Shown here in pieces: positions 27,293 through 37,153 of a stretch of 44,821 nucleotides of DNA (within the stretch, counting starts at the first letter, position 1; every line of letters starts with the position of its first letter). Below the pieces are notes generated by a model. The model saw nothing but the letters and a program-made list of their open reading frames with translations, was not told the DNA's origin and did no database searches. Made by a program: the position numbers and the translations under genes. The stretch is from the sequence record SRR31156797_607, one strand, 5' to 3'.

Positions 27293-30259
27293 ATGTTTAA
27301 ACGAATCATCTTTATTAGCTTATTAAACATCTTCTGTTTATTAAGTTTCGGGTCTAAGTCAGAAAACACAAATCGAATCAAATACAACTTTAATTCCGAA
27401 TGGAAATTAAAAATCGGAGAAGTAAAAAATGGTCAGTTACCTGAGTTAAACGACAAAGATTGGACTGAAATAACCTTACCAAGAGCTTTCAATGAAGATG
27501 AAGCATTCGATCATCATATTGAAGATTTAACGGACACCATAGTTTGGTATCGAAAACATTTTAAACTTCCTAAATCCGACCTCAATAAAAAGGTTTTTAT
27601 TGAATTTGAAGGCGTTCGAATGGCTGCAGAAGTTTTTGTAAATGGTCAAAAAATTGGGATTCATGAAAATGGTGCCATGGCCTTTGGTTTTGATATCACA
27701 AAGCACATCAGCTATAGTAAAGATAACGTTATTGCCGTTCGGGTAGATAACGACTGGCGTTATCATGAAAAATCAAGTGGAAGTACTTTTCAATGGAATA
27801 ATAAAAACTTTAATGCCAACTACGGGGGTATTCCCAAGAATGTATTTTTACATGTCACAGGACAAATTTACCAGACCCTACCTCTGTATTCCAACCTAAA
27901 AACCACAGGTACTTACATTTATGCAAGTGATTTTAACATCAAGAATAAAAGCGCCATTATACATGTTGAATCTGAAGTAAAAAATGAAACGGCTTCTGAC
28001 CAAAACATTCAATATCAAGTTATCATTAAAAACATTAACGGAGAACATGTTGCGAGTTTTAAAGGAGAAAAAATCCTTCTTGCTTCCGGAGAAACACAAA
28101 TAATAGCAGCCTCTTCTGAAGTGAACAACCTTCATTTTTGGAGCTGGGGATATGGATACTTATACAACATTTATACACAACTCATTATTGATAATAAAGT
28201 TACAGATATTGTTCACACCCAAACCGGTTTTCGAAAAACAGAATTCAAGAATGGTATGATTTATTTGAATGATCGGGTTATCCAGATGAAAGGCTATGCA
28301 CAGCGTACCAGCAACGAATGGCCGGGAGTTGGTATGTCAGTAGCTCCATGGGTAAGTGATTATAGCAATGGATTAATGGTAGAAAGTAATGCTAATATGG
28401 TACGTTGGATGCATATTTCTGCCTGGAAACAAGACGTAGAATCCTGCGATCGTATGGGAATAATGCAAATGTTTCCTGCCGGAGATGCCGAAAAAGATGT
28501 AAGTGGAAGACGATGGGAACAACGTACAGAGCTGATGCGCGATGCCATCATTTATAACCGAAATAATCCCAGCGTTTTACTTTGGGAAAGTGGTAATGAA
28601 TCTATTTCTGAAGAACACATGGCAGAAATGAAAGCCATTAAGGATAAATACGACCCGTACCGAGGAAGAGCCATTGGTTCGCGTGAAATGTTGGACAGTA
28701 AAATTGCCGAATATGGTGGAGAAATGCTATACATTAATCATAGCGCTGGTAAACCTATGATTGCCACAGAATACTGTCGCGATGAAGGCTTAAGAAAATA
28801 TTGGGATGACTTTACTCCTCCTTACCATAAGAATGGAGATGGACCTCTTTATCGAAATAAAGATGCAAGTGCCTACAACCGTAATATGGATTCGTTTGCT
28901 ATAGAGGACATTATCCGTTGGAACGATTATTACGAATGTCGACCTGGAACAGGAACCCGAGTAAGTAGTGGTGGTTTAAACATAGTATTCTCAGACACTA
29001 ACACCCATTGTCGTGGTGAAGAAAACTACAGACGAAGTGGAGAAACAGATCCTATGCGTATCCCCAAAGATGCTTTTTTTGCTCATCAGGTAATGTGGAA
29101 TGGTTGGGTGGACATAGAGGAATATACCACATATATTATTGGCCATTGGAACTACAAAAAAGGAACAGTTAAAGATGTTCACGTTGTTTCTCCTTCTGAT
29201 AAAGTAGAATTGTTCTTAAACGGAAAATCACTAGGAATAGGTGAAAAGCAATATAATTTCCTACACACTTTCAAGAATATAAAATTCGAAGAAGGTGAGC
29301 TAAAAGCAGTAAGTCTGACTAAATCAAACGAAAAAAATAGTGAAGACATAAAAATTACTGTAGGAGAGCCGGCTGTTGTAAGATTAAAAATGCTAGACAG
29401 GCCAACACCGGTAAAAGCAGATGGTGCAGACATGGTTATTGTAGAAGTGGAAATTGTTGATACTGCAGGAAACCGCTGCCCAAATGTACATCCGTTGGTA
29501 AACTTTTCAATAGATGGTCCGGCTGATTGGCGAGGAGGAATTGGTCAGGGAGAAAACAATTACGTTCTAAGTAAAACCTTACCTGCTGAGTGTGGAGTAA
29601 ACAGAGCTATTATTCGTTCAACAAATAAGGCTGGTAAAATTAAAATTACGGCTTCATCTGAAGGTTTAGAATCAGCTCAGTTATCATTCAAAACCATTTC
29701 ATACAAAACTAAAAATGGTCTAAGTACTACCTTACCTTCTGAGGGACTTCCTTCTAATTTAAGTCGAGGAGAAACACCTATAGGACCTTCTTTCAAAGTA
29801 AGTCGAAAAGCCATTGATATCATCGAAACCCAAGCCGGTTCTAATCAGGAATCAGCCTTATATAGTTATGATGACAATGAGCTTTCTGAATGGAAAAATG
29901 ATGGTAAAATATCTACTGGATGGATTAGCTATGCTTTCGCAAAAAAAACAACTGTATCCGAAATCTGCTTAAAGCTTTCCGGATGGAGAAGATACTCCTA
30001 CCCTATTGAGGTTTTAGTTGACAACCAATTAGTGTGGAAAGGAGACACCGAAAAAAGCCTGGGTTATATTACTTTATCATTCCCTCCTACCGAAGGGAAA
30101 AGCCTAACTATAAGATTAACCGGTGCTGGTAAAGAAAAAGATGCATTCCAGAATATGATCGAGTTAAACGGAACCAAAGAACTCGATGGTTTTAAAGATC
30201 CAAAAGACTCTAATATGAAAGGCTTACTGCGCATTGTTGAAGTTGAAATATATCAATAG
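27293..30259 (+). CDS. GH2 glycosidase (probable beta-galactosidase) with C-terminal beta-sandwich domains
   Basis: LPRAFNED, VWYRKHF, IEFEG, MKGYAQRTSNEWP, RNNPSVLLWESGNE, GHWNY, VELFLNGKSLG. The ATG at 27293 gives a cleaner signal peptide than the track start at 27266. Confidence 0.88.
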   Translation: MFKRIIFISLLNIFCLLSFGSKSENTNRIKYNFNSEWKLKIGEVKNGQLPELNDKDWTEITLPRAFNEDEAFDHHIEDLTDTIVWYRKHFKLPKSDLNKKVFIEFEGVRMAAEVFVNGQKIGIHENGAMAFGFDITKHISYSKDNVIAVRVDNDWRYHEKSSGSTFQWNNKNFNANYGGIPKNVFLHVTGQIYQTLPLYSNLKTTGTYIYASDFNIKNKSAIIHVESEVKNETASDQNIQYQVIIKNINGEHVASFKGEKILLASGETQIIAASSEVNNLHFWSWGYGYLYNIYTQLIIDNKVTDIVHTQTGFRKTEFKNGMIYLNDRVIQMKGYAQRTSNEWPGVGMSVAPWVSDYSNGLMVESNANMVRWMHISAWKQDVESCDRMGIMQMFPAGDAEKDVSGRRWEQRTELMRDAIIYNRNNPSVLLWESGNESISEEHMAEMKAIKDKYDPYRGRAIGSREMLDSKIAEYGGEMLYINHSAGKPMIATEYCRDEGLRKYWDDFTPPYHKNGDGPLYRNKDASAYNRNMDSFAIEDIIRWNDYYECRPGTGTRVSSGGLNIVFSDTNTHCRGEENYRRSGETDPMRIPKDAFFAHQVMWNGWVDIEEYTTYIIGHWNYKKGTVKDVHVVSPSDKVELFLNGKSLGIGEKQYNFLHTFKNIKFEEGELKAVSLTKSNEKNSEDIKITVGEPAVVRLKMLDRPTPVKADGADMVIVEVEIVDTAGNRCPNVHPLVNFSIDGPADWRGGIGQGENNYVLSKTLPAECGVNRAIIRSTNKAGKIKITASSEGLESAQLSFKTISYKTKNGLSTTLPSEGLPSNLSRGETPIGPSFKVSRKAIDIIETQAGSNQESALYSYDDNELSEWKNDGKISTGWISYAFAKKTTVSEICLKLSGWRRYSYPIEVLVDNQLVWKGDTEKSLGYITLSFPPTEGKSLTIRLTGAGKEKDAFQNMIELNGTKELDGFKDPKDSNMKGLLRIVEVEIYQ

Positions 30260-30343
30260 AGCCATTACAATATAAAGTAATAATAAAAACAGTTATTAAA
30301 GAAGCAAAGCTTTCAAGCTTCAAAGGATATTAAACATTAAAAA

Positions 30344-33300
30344 ATGAAAAAAAGTCTACAAGTAATTTTTATGTTCATTGTTTTGGTTTCTCCTTTATGG
30401 AGTCAACGCAAAATGGAACAACTGGGACGTGGTGTTGTAGCCATAAAAACTACGTCAAACTCAGCGTTTATAAGCTGGCGTTTATTAGGTACCGAACCCA
30501 GAGATATTGGTTTTAACATTTATCGTTCAGAAGAAGGTAGCACTGATGTAAAACTTAATTCTTCAGTCCTTCTTCAAGGAACCAACTATACTGATGCAAC
30601 AGCCGATTTCACTAAAAACAATACCTACTATGTAAAACCTGTAATTAATGATATTGAACAGGAAGCCAGTGAGGGCTATACGCTTTTAGCTACCCAAGCA
30701 GTTGAACCCTGTTTGGTTGTTCCTTTAAAAACAGGCGATTACATTCACTTTGTATGGGTTGGCGATTTAAATGGCGATGGTGAATATGATTATATCATCG
30801 ATCGACTTGGTGAAGGCTGTAAAGTGGAAGCTTATTTAAATGATGGTACCTATTTGTGGACTATTGACATGGGGCCAAACAGTTTAAATATGGATAATAT
30901 TTCTCCCGGATCATCAACCATCGATGTAGGTAACTGGGATGGCTTAACCGTTTACGATATGGATAATGATGGTAAAGCAGAAATTTTACTTAGAACAGCC
31001 AACGGAGTTGTTTTTGGTGATTCTCAAACACTAAGCCATGGTAACAACAATACGCAATTTGTTTCTGTTGTTGATGGCTTTACGGGTGCTGAAATCACCA
31101 GAACTCAAATACCGAACAATTATATTTCGGTAGGACCAATGGCTTGTAGTATGGGAATTGGTTACCTAAATGGGATTACTCCCAGCTTATTAACATTCCA
31201 TAAAAATCGAAATTCTGATGGTTCTTTTAATCGATTAATGTGTGCCTGGGATTATAATGGTTCTACATTACAATTAAAATGGAACACCAATATGCCATTC
31301 GGAAATAGTTATGGTACAGGTAGCGACGGTCACCAAATGCGTATTGTTGATGTAGATGGTGATGGTAAAGATGATGTGGCCCATGTTGGATTTGTTTTAA
31401 ATGGTGAGGATGGTTCCTTAAAGTACAACATGGGAGATCAGGGCATTGAACATGGCGACCGATGGTTTGTAGCTAAGCTAGATCCATACAGACCTGGCTT
31501 ACAAGGATATGGAATTCAACAATACAATTCTATTTTAGATTATTACTACGATGCCGCTGACGGTTCTCTAATCTGGAAACATGTTACCAGCGATGGTAGC
31601 GTTGGTGATGTTGGACGTGGTGTTGCTGCCGATATCGATGTGAATCATATTGGATATGAAGTATGGCATTTTGGCGGAGTGTATAATGCTCGTGAAAACA
31701 AAAATATATCTTCAAGCTACCCATACCCAAACCTTCGTATTTGGTGGGATGGTGATTTATTAAGTGAAAACCTGAATGATGGAAAACTGGATAAACATAA
31801 CGTAGGCAGACTTTTAACAGCCTGGCAATATCATGGAGCTTCTGGAAGTGCAAGAGCTGTACCTAAATTTTATGGTGATATTTTTGGAGATTGGAGAGAA
31901 GAAATTATTTACACCAATAGTACTAATTCTGAGTTGGTCATATTTACAACCCCCACTCCAAGCGAACACAGACTTTATACTTTACCTCATAATCCTGCCT
32001 ACAGAAATAGCATGACTATCAAAGGTTATATGCAATCTCATATGGTTGATTATTATTTAGGTGCAGGAATGACAACACCTCCTTCTCCACCAATCCAAAC
32101 TGCAAAGTGTATATGGAAAGGTGATATGGCCAATAATACCTGGGATAGTTCTACTTCAAACTGGAATATAAATGGAACTGATGGCAGCTACACACAAGGT
32201 GATGATGTTTTGTTTGATATTTCCGGACAGGCTGATTCAATAAAAATAGATGAAGATATAACGCCATTATCTATTAAAATGATATCTCCTTTGGATTATG
32301 TATTCAGCGGAAATGGAGAAATAAATGGTTCTACTGGACTACTAAAGGCAGGAAATGGAAGTCTCTCTTCAAACTGTGCTTTTCTGTACACGGGTGAAAC
32401 CATTATCGAAGAAGGTTCTCTTTTTGTAAATGATACCATCCACAATAGTAATATTAGCATGTTTTTAGGAACCACACTTGGCGGAAGTGGAGTTATAAAA
32501 TCACAAGTATCTATTAATAATCATGCGTATTTAGCGCCTGGAGAAAAAGACAATACAGGAACATTAACCTTTACATCCGAATTTTCAATTCCTAATTATA
32601 CTACACTTGAAATTGATATTACAGATGATGCTACAGGTGAAACAAAGCCTTCTGATAAAATTATAGTTGAAGGAAACCTTACGCTAGGAAGCAATCTAAC
32701 TATCAATATTAATCATTTTAATGACGAGATTAATCCCGGATCATATCCGATACTTACTTATACAGGCACATTAAATGGTAGCATTAGTAACATTGAAATA
32801 AAAAATCTTTTAGGTTTCAAATATTCATTAGTAGATATTGAATCAACTTTAACATTAGTAATTGAAGGAGCTCGTGATCCTGAAACTATTTTTTGGAATG
32901 GAACATCTAACAACTGGGATTTACAAACTACCTTATCCTGGAATTTAAATAATGAAGAAGTACATTTTGTCGCCAATGATTCTGTTATATTCAATGATGA
33001 AGGTGCGGATAAAAATATGGTTTATGTAAATGATAATTTACCGGTTGGAGATATTACCTTCAACAATTCAAATGTTGATTACACAATTTCCGGAACTGGG
33101 AATATAAGTGGTGATGCATCATTAATAAAAAATGGAACTGGTATGGCTTCGGTATATACTAGTAATAGTTATACCGGAAAAACCATTATAAATGGTGGTA
33201 CCTTAAAAGTGAACACTATTGCAGAGGCAGGGGTTAGCAGTTCTCTCGGTGCAAATCCTTCTACTAACCCCAGTGAACTTGTTTTAAACGATGCCACACT

Positions 33301-34834
33301 GATGTATAATTCTTCAAAATTATCATTAACCAACAAAGGTTTAACTTTAGGTAAAACTAAAGATACAATTAGTGTTTCAATACCTAATTCTACACTTATT
33401 GTTCAAGGAAAAATTACCGGAACCGGAGATCTTGTTAAAACAGGTTATGGGACGTTAACCTTACAAAAAAGCATTAATAATTATAGTGGAAATACAACCA
33501 TCAGTAATGGAACTATTCTCTTGGGTGATGAAACGGCTAATGCCGGAGGATTAAGTAGTGGATCAATTACCTTTGAAAGAGGAACTTTAACGATGGCACA
33601 TGGAGGTTATACGGAGTTTAACCAAAATATGATTGTGGATGGTTCTGGAACTTTAAATACCGATGATAGATGTAATTATCGTGGACGATTGACAGGATCG
33701 GGTACTTTTAATGTAAACTTGACCGGAACGATTGATCGCACAATTTTCTTTGGTGATTGGTCTGATTTCAATGGGACAATTAATGTGTCCGGTGTATCTG
33801 GTGCTAATTTCCGAATTGCTAACTCTTATGGGTATGAAAATGCAACCTTTGATTTAGGTGATAACATCAATATATACCATGGAGGCACAGGAACCAGTTC
33901 CGGAGATAACACTGCGACTACCGTAAAAATTGGTGCCTTATCCGGAAATGCTTCCTCTTCTATATTCGGAGAAAAATGGGTGATTGGTGCTAATAATGAA
34001 GATTCTTTCTTTGAAGGACTTATTTCAGGATACTCCTTAAGTAAAGTGGGAACCGGAACTTTAATACTTAATAATGCCAATACCTATTCAGGAGGAACTT
34101 CCATATCTGATGGTGTAATTATGGTTTTAAACACAACAGGAAGTGCAACTGGTAGCGGCCCTGTAAACATTCAGGATGCAGGTACTTTATCAGGAACCGG
34201 TATTGTATCAGGGGCAACCTTTGTAAAAGCCGGCGGACAAATCGCTCCCGGATATAGAGCCTATGGAACGTTAAACTTTAACTCTAATGTTTCCTTTGTG
34301 GAGAATTCAACAATGGCAGTTGATTTAAATAAAACTAATCAAACATTTGATCAAATTACAGTTGGAGGTACACTAATTTATGGTGGTACGCTAAAAATAA
34401 ATATAATAGATCCTGAAGAGCTGGAAAGCGGTGATGCGTTCACTATATTCAATGCCAACTATTATAGTGGTTCTTTTTCTGAAATTATTCCATCAATACC
34501 TACTGAAGGCTTGGAATGGGATTTATCAGAACTCACCACCAACGGAACGATAAAAGTAGCTCAGGCAACTGGCATTGCCAATCATCCCAATTTTAAAACC
34601 CTGGATATTTATCCTAATCCTTCAAATGGATATGTTTATTTAAATTTACCCCAAAAATTAGGAAAAGCTCAATTAGAAGTGTTAGATGCCAAAGGAAACC
34701 TTGTATTAAAATTGGAACACGAAGAAGTTTCACACTTAGAATTAAACCTTTCGGGAAACCCCGATGGTATTTATTTTATCAAATTGGTATTTGATTCAGA
34801 TATATGGGTGGGCAAAATAGTTTTAAAACAATAA
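30344..34834 (+). CDS. PL11 rhamnogalacturonan lyase with autotransporter-associated beta-strand repeats and T9SS type A C-terminal domain
   Basis: MEQLGRGVVA..FISWRLL..FNIYR, DLNGDGEYD, DVDGDGKDD, HGD, DVGRGVAADID, IWWDGDL, GDIFGDWREE. Four L.K.G.G.L....N.Y.G.T.I..G repeats. C-terminal IYPNPSNG...GIYFIKL...KIVLK. Confidence 0.9.
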   Translation: MKKSLQVIFMFIVLVSPLWSQRKMEQLGRGVVAIKTTSNSAFISWRLLGTEPRDIGFNIYRSEEGSTDVKLNSSVLLQGTNYTDATADFTKNNTYYVKPVINDIEQEASEGYTLLATQAVEPCLVVPLKTGDYIHFVWVGDLNGDGEYDYIIDRLGEGCKVEAYLNDGTYLWTIDMGPNSLNMDNISPGSSTIDVGNWDGLTVYDMDNDGKAEILLRTANGVVFGDSQTLSHGNNNTQFVSVVDGFTGAEITRTQIPNNYISVGPMACSMGIGYLNGITPSLLTFHKNRNSDGSFNRLMCAWDYNGSTLQLKWNTNMPFGNSYGTGSDGHQMRIVDVDGDGKDDVAHVGFVLNGEDGSLKYNMGDQGIEHGDRWFVAKLDPYRPGLQGYGIQQYNSILDYYYDAADGSLIWKHVTSDGSVGDVGRGVAADIDVNHIGYEVWHFGGVYNARENKNISSSYPYPNLRIWWDGDLLSENLNDGKLDKHNVGRLLTAWQYHGASGSARAVPKFYGDIFGDWREEIIYTNSTNSELVIFTTPTPSEHRLYTLPHNPAYRNSMTIKGYMQSHMVDYYLGAGMTTPPSPPIQTAKCIWKGDMANNTWDSSTSNWNINGTDGSYTQGDDVLFDISGQADSIKIDEDITPLSIKMISPLDYVFSGNGEINGSTGLLKAGNGSLSSNCAFLYTGETIIEEGSLFVNDTIHNSNISMFLGTTLGGSGVIKSQVSINNHAYLAPGEKDNTGTLTFTSEFSIPNYTTLEIDITDDATGETKPSDKIIVEGNLTLGSNLTININHFNDEINPGSYPILTYTGTLNGSISNIEIKNLLGFKYSLVDIESTLTLVIEGARDPETIFWNGTSNNWDLQTTLSWNLNNEEVHFVANDSVIFNDEGADKNMVYVNDNLPVGDITFNNSNVDYTISGTGNISGDASLIKNGTGMASVYTSNSYTGKTIINGGTLKVNTIAEAGVSSSLGANPSTNPSELVLNDATLMYNSSKLSLTNKGLTLGKTKDTISVSIPNSTLIVQGKITGTGDLVKTGYGTLTLQKSINNYSGNTTISNGTILLGDETANAGGLSSGSITFERGTLTMAHGGYTEFNQNMIVDGSGTLNTDDRCNYRGRLTGSGTFNVNLTGTIDRTIFFGDWSDFNGTINVSGVSGANFRIANSYGYENATFDLGDNINIYHGGTGTSSGDNTATTVKIGALSGNASSSIFGEKWVIGANNEDSFFEGLISGYSLSKVGTGTLILNNANTYSGGTSISDGVIMVLNTTGSATGSGPVNIQDAGTLSGTGIVSGATFVKAGGQIAPGYRAYGTLNFNSNVSFVENSTMAVDLNKTNQTFDQITVGGTLIYGGTLKINIIDPEELESGDAFTIFNANYYSGSFSEIIPSIPTEGLEWDLSELTTNGTIKVAQATGIANHPNFKTLDIYPNPSNGYVYLNLPQKLGKAQLEVLDAKGNLVLKLEHEEVSHLELNLSGNPDGIYFIKLVFDSDIWVGKIVLKQ

Positions 34835-34851
34835 TTAATTAAATATTTTTG

Positions 34852-34889
34852 CAGGTAAAGGAGTGTTAAAGCTCCTTTACCTGTTTTTT
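34852..34889 (+). terminator. Rho-independent terminator after PL11
   Basis: CAGGTAAAGGAG-N8-CTCCTTTACCTG followed by TTTTTT. Confidence 0.9.
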
Positions 34890-34932
34890 ATGCATTAATA
34901 TTTAACGCTAATAATAACCAATTTTTAATAAT

Positions 34933-35982
34933 ATGATTGATTCAATAAAACAAGCCAAAAGAAATCTACTTCTTGTTTTTTCCCTTGCGGGAAGTTTAAT
35001 TATGACTGCCAACAACCCATTAACAAAAAACACTTCTTCTAAAGAAGAAACTGACACATGTACTTCAAACATTATCTACAAATGGGAGTCTAAAGGAAAT
35101 CCGGTAGTAACACATAAATACACTTGCGATCCGGCAGCTCTGGTTTACAACGATACTCTTTTCATTTTTACTGGAGAAGATGCTGCTGGTGGGCAAAAAA
35201 GATATAACATCAACAAATGGTGTTGTTTTGCAACAACCGATATGAAAAACTTTTGGGAATATAAAACACCATTAAGAGCAACAGATTTTGCCTGGGGTGA
35301 ATCCAACGCAGCCTGGGCCAGCCAGGTAATTGAGCGAAATGGCAAGTTCTATTGGTATAACAGTTCGCAAAGAACCGGAATTGGCGTTGCTGTTGCTGAT
35401 CGTCCGGAAGGACCTTACAAAGATGCATTGGGACATGCCCTGGTAACCAACGAAGATAGTAAAGGTAAAAAACACAGTTGGCGAACTATTGACCCTACCG
35501 TGTTAATTGATGATGATAATCAGGCCTGGCTTTTTTGGGGTAACGGAGCTTGCTGGGCTGTTAAACTGAATGAGGACATGATTTCCTATGACAAAGATTT
35601 TGGTATAAAAACGATTGAAATTGCCGGAGAAATGGATTTTCCTTTTACAGAAGCTCCCTGGTTACACAAAGTAGACGACAAGTATCTTCTTTCGTTTGCC
35701 ATTGGATTTCCGGAACGCATTGCCTATGCCGTTAGCGATAAAGTAGATGGCCCTTACACTTACAAAGGTATTATCAACGAAATTGCCGGAAATAGTAACA
35801 CCAATCATCAATCCATTATAGAATACAAAGGCAAATGGTACTTTATTTATCACAACGGAGGAATTCAAACCGATGGCGGAAGCTTTAGCCGAAGTATCTG
35901 TATTGATAAAATCGAATTTGACAGAAAAGGATATTATTTACCTGTAGATATGACCACCAAAGGTGTTGAAAAAATCAAATAA
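34933..35982 (+). CDS. GH43 beta-xylosidase / alpha-L-arabinofuranosidase
   Basis: GNP...CDPAA (base Asp), AWASQV, GVAVADRPEGPY, IDPTV (pKa modulator), FTEAPW (acid Glu), TNHQSI, YFIYH. Confidence 0.9.
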   Translation: MIDSIKQAKRNLLLVFSLAGSLIMTANNPLTKNTSSKEETDTCTSNIIYKWESKGNPVVTHKYTCDPAALVYNDTLFIFTGEDAAGGQKRYNINKWCCFATTDMKNFWEYKTPLRATDFAWGESNAAWASQVIERNGKFYWYNSSQRTGIGVAVADRPEGPYKDALGHALVTNEDSKGKKHSWRTIDPTVLIDDDNQAWLFWGNGACWAVKLNEDMISYDKDFGIKTIEIAGEMDFPFTEAPWLHKVDDKYLLSFAIGFPERIAYAVSDKVDGPYTYKGIINEIAGNSNTNHQSIIEYKGKWYFIYHNGGIQTDGGSFSRSICIDKIEFDRKGYYLPVDMTTKGVEKIK

Positions 35983-36011
35983 CCACTTTTTTGTCTCCAT
36001 GCAGAAGAATC

Positions 36012-36081
36012 GGATTTGTTTTTTAACAAATCCTGCTTAAAGTATATTTACACTGAGGTTGTTTTGAAGAACAACCTCAGT
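36012..36081. terminator. Two hairpins between convergent genes
   Basis: GGATTTGTT-TTTT-AACAAATCC (36012-36033) and ACTGAGGTTGTT-N6-AACAACCTCAGT (36052-36081). Neither has a clean U tract. Confidence 0.6.
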
Positions 36082-36100
36082 TAATTCAAAATTCTTTAAA

Positions 36101-36403
36101 TCATTTTTTAGTTTGATTTACACGCTTTTCAGCAAGCTTCTTATTTTGTTTTGTTCCAGTTCCAAAGACAACCGATGAAGTCTCTTTTGATTTATTTTCC
36201 CACAACTTGGCATTTTTAGCAGCCCCTCCTGTCTTTCTGTCTTTTTTAGAAGTTACAAGCACACTACTTTTTTTCTTTTCCCATATTTTTTGATTCTTTA
36301 CTGTAGGGCCAAATTCTTTTGTTGATTTTTGTGCAACACTTAAACTACTTACAAAAATGCTCACTCCCAAAATAAAAACTATTCTTTTCATACTAACTCT
36401 CAT
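36101..36403 (-). CDS. Small basic secreted hypothetical protein with GxxxKNxKxW repeats
   Basis: Likely start 36403 (MRVSMKRIV) or 36391 rather than the track TTG at 36478. Signal peptide ending SVA-Q, repeats GPTVKNQKIWE and GGAAKNAKLWE, very Lys-rich. Confidence 0.75.
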   Translation of the reverse strand: MRVSMKRIVFILGVSIFVSSLSVAQKSTKEFGPTVKNQKIWEKKKSSVLVTSKKDRKTGGAAKNAKLWENKSKETSSVVFGTGTKQNKKLAEKRVNQTKK

Positions 36404-36476
36404 TATTAATTTTATAATGAGATAAAAGTAGTTCTGATAAAGGAGCAACTCAATTCGTAATATAAGGTAAAATAAC

Positions 36477-36516
36477 AATCAGTATTTACGTAGCTTACTA
36501 TACGTAAAATTACGTA
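36477..36516. promoter_or_regulatory. NarL/FixJ-like 7-2-7 operator candidate
   Basis: Perfect inverted repeat TACGTAA-AA-TTACGTA (36501-36516) plus another TTACGTA heptamer at 36486-36492. Confidence 0.65.
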
Positions 36517-36532
36517 GTCCCTATTTTTAAAA

Positions 36533-37153
36533 CTAGATCAAACCCAGACTAGTGGCTTTATTAACTAACTCAACTGTATTCTGCGCTTTTAGTTTCTTCA
36601 TCATATTCCTTCTGTGTGTTTCTACAGTTCGTGTGCTAATAAATAATTCCAGTGCTATTTGTTTCGCTGTTTTTCCGTTTGCAACCTGCTCCAATATTTC
36701 AATTTCTCGTTTTGATAATGATTTCACCTCATCTTCAGTATGCATAGCATTCAATATGATCTCTGAAATCGTTTGGTTGACATATTTTTTGCCTTGATAC
36801 ACCAATTCTATAGCTCGTTTCAGCTCATCTTTATCACAATCTTTAAGTAGATAACCAGAAGCTCCATTTCGTATAGCTTTAAGTACATATGGTGAGTCAT
36901 TGTGCATGGTGAGCATAATGATTTTTGTTTCCGGATAATGTTTCTTAATTTCAAGAATTGTATCAAGGCCATTCATATTTTTCATAGAAATATCTAACAA
37001 AGCAACATGCACCTGTTGATGTTTTAGTATTTCCAATAATTCTTCTCCCGATCCGGTTTGAGCAACCACCTCTATAGTTAAACTCTCTTTAAATAATGAT
37101 GCCACTCCTGAACGAAAGAGATCATGATCATCGGTAATACTTATTTTAATCAT
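36533..37153 (-). CDS. NarL/FixJ family response regulator (REC + LuxR HTH)
   Basis: ITDDH, LLDISM (phospho-Asp), MLTMH, GASGYLLK, LSKREIEIL...IALELFISTRTVETHRRNMMKKL. Confidence 0.95.
   Translation of the reverse strand: MIKISITDDHDLFRSGVASLFKESLTIEVVAQTGSGEELLEILKHQQVHVALLDISMKNMNGLDTILEIKKHYPETKIIMLTMHNDSPYVLKAIRNGASGYLLKDCDKDELKRAIELVYQGKKYVNQTISEIILNAMHTEDEVKSLSKREIEILEQVANGKTAKQIALELFISTRTVETHRRNMMKKLKAQNTVELVNKATSLGLI

Noticed and set aside
36404-36478. N-terminal extension of the small protein given in the ORF track
   Set aside because: The TTG start abuts the operator region, and the downstream ATGs give a normal signal peptide.
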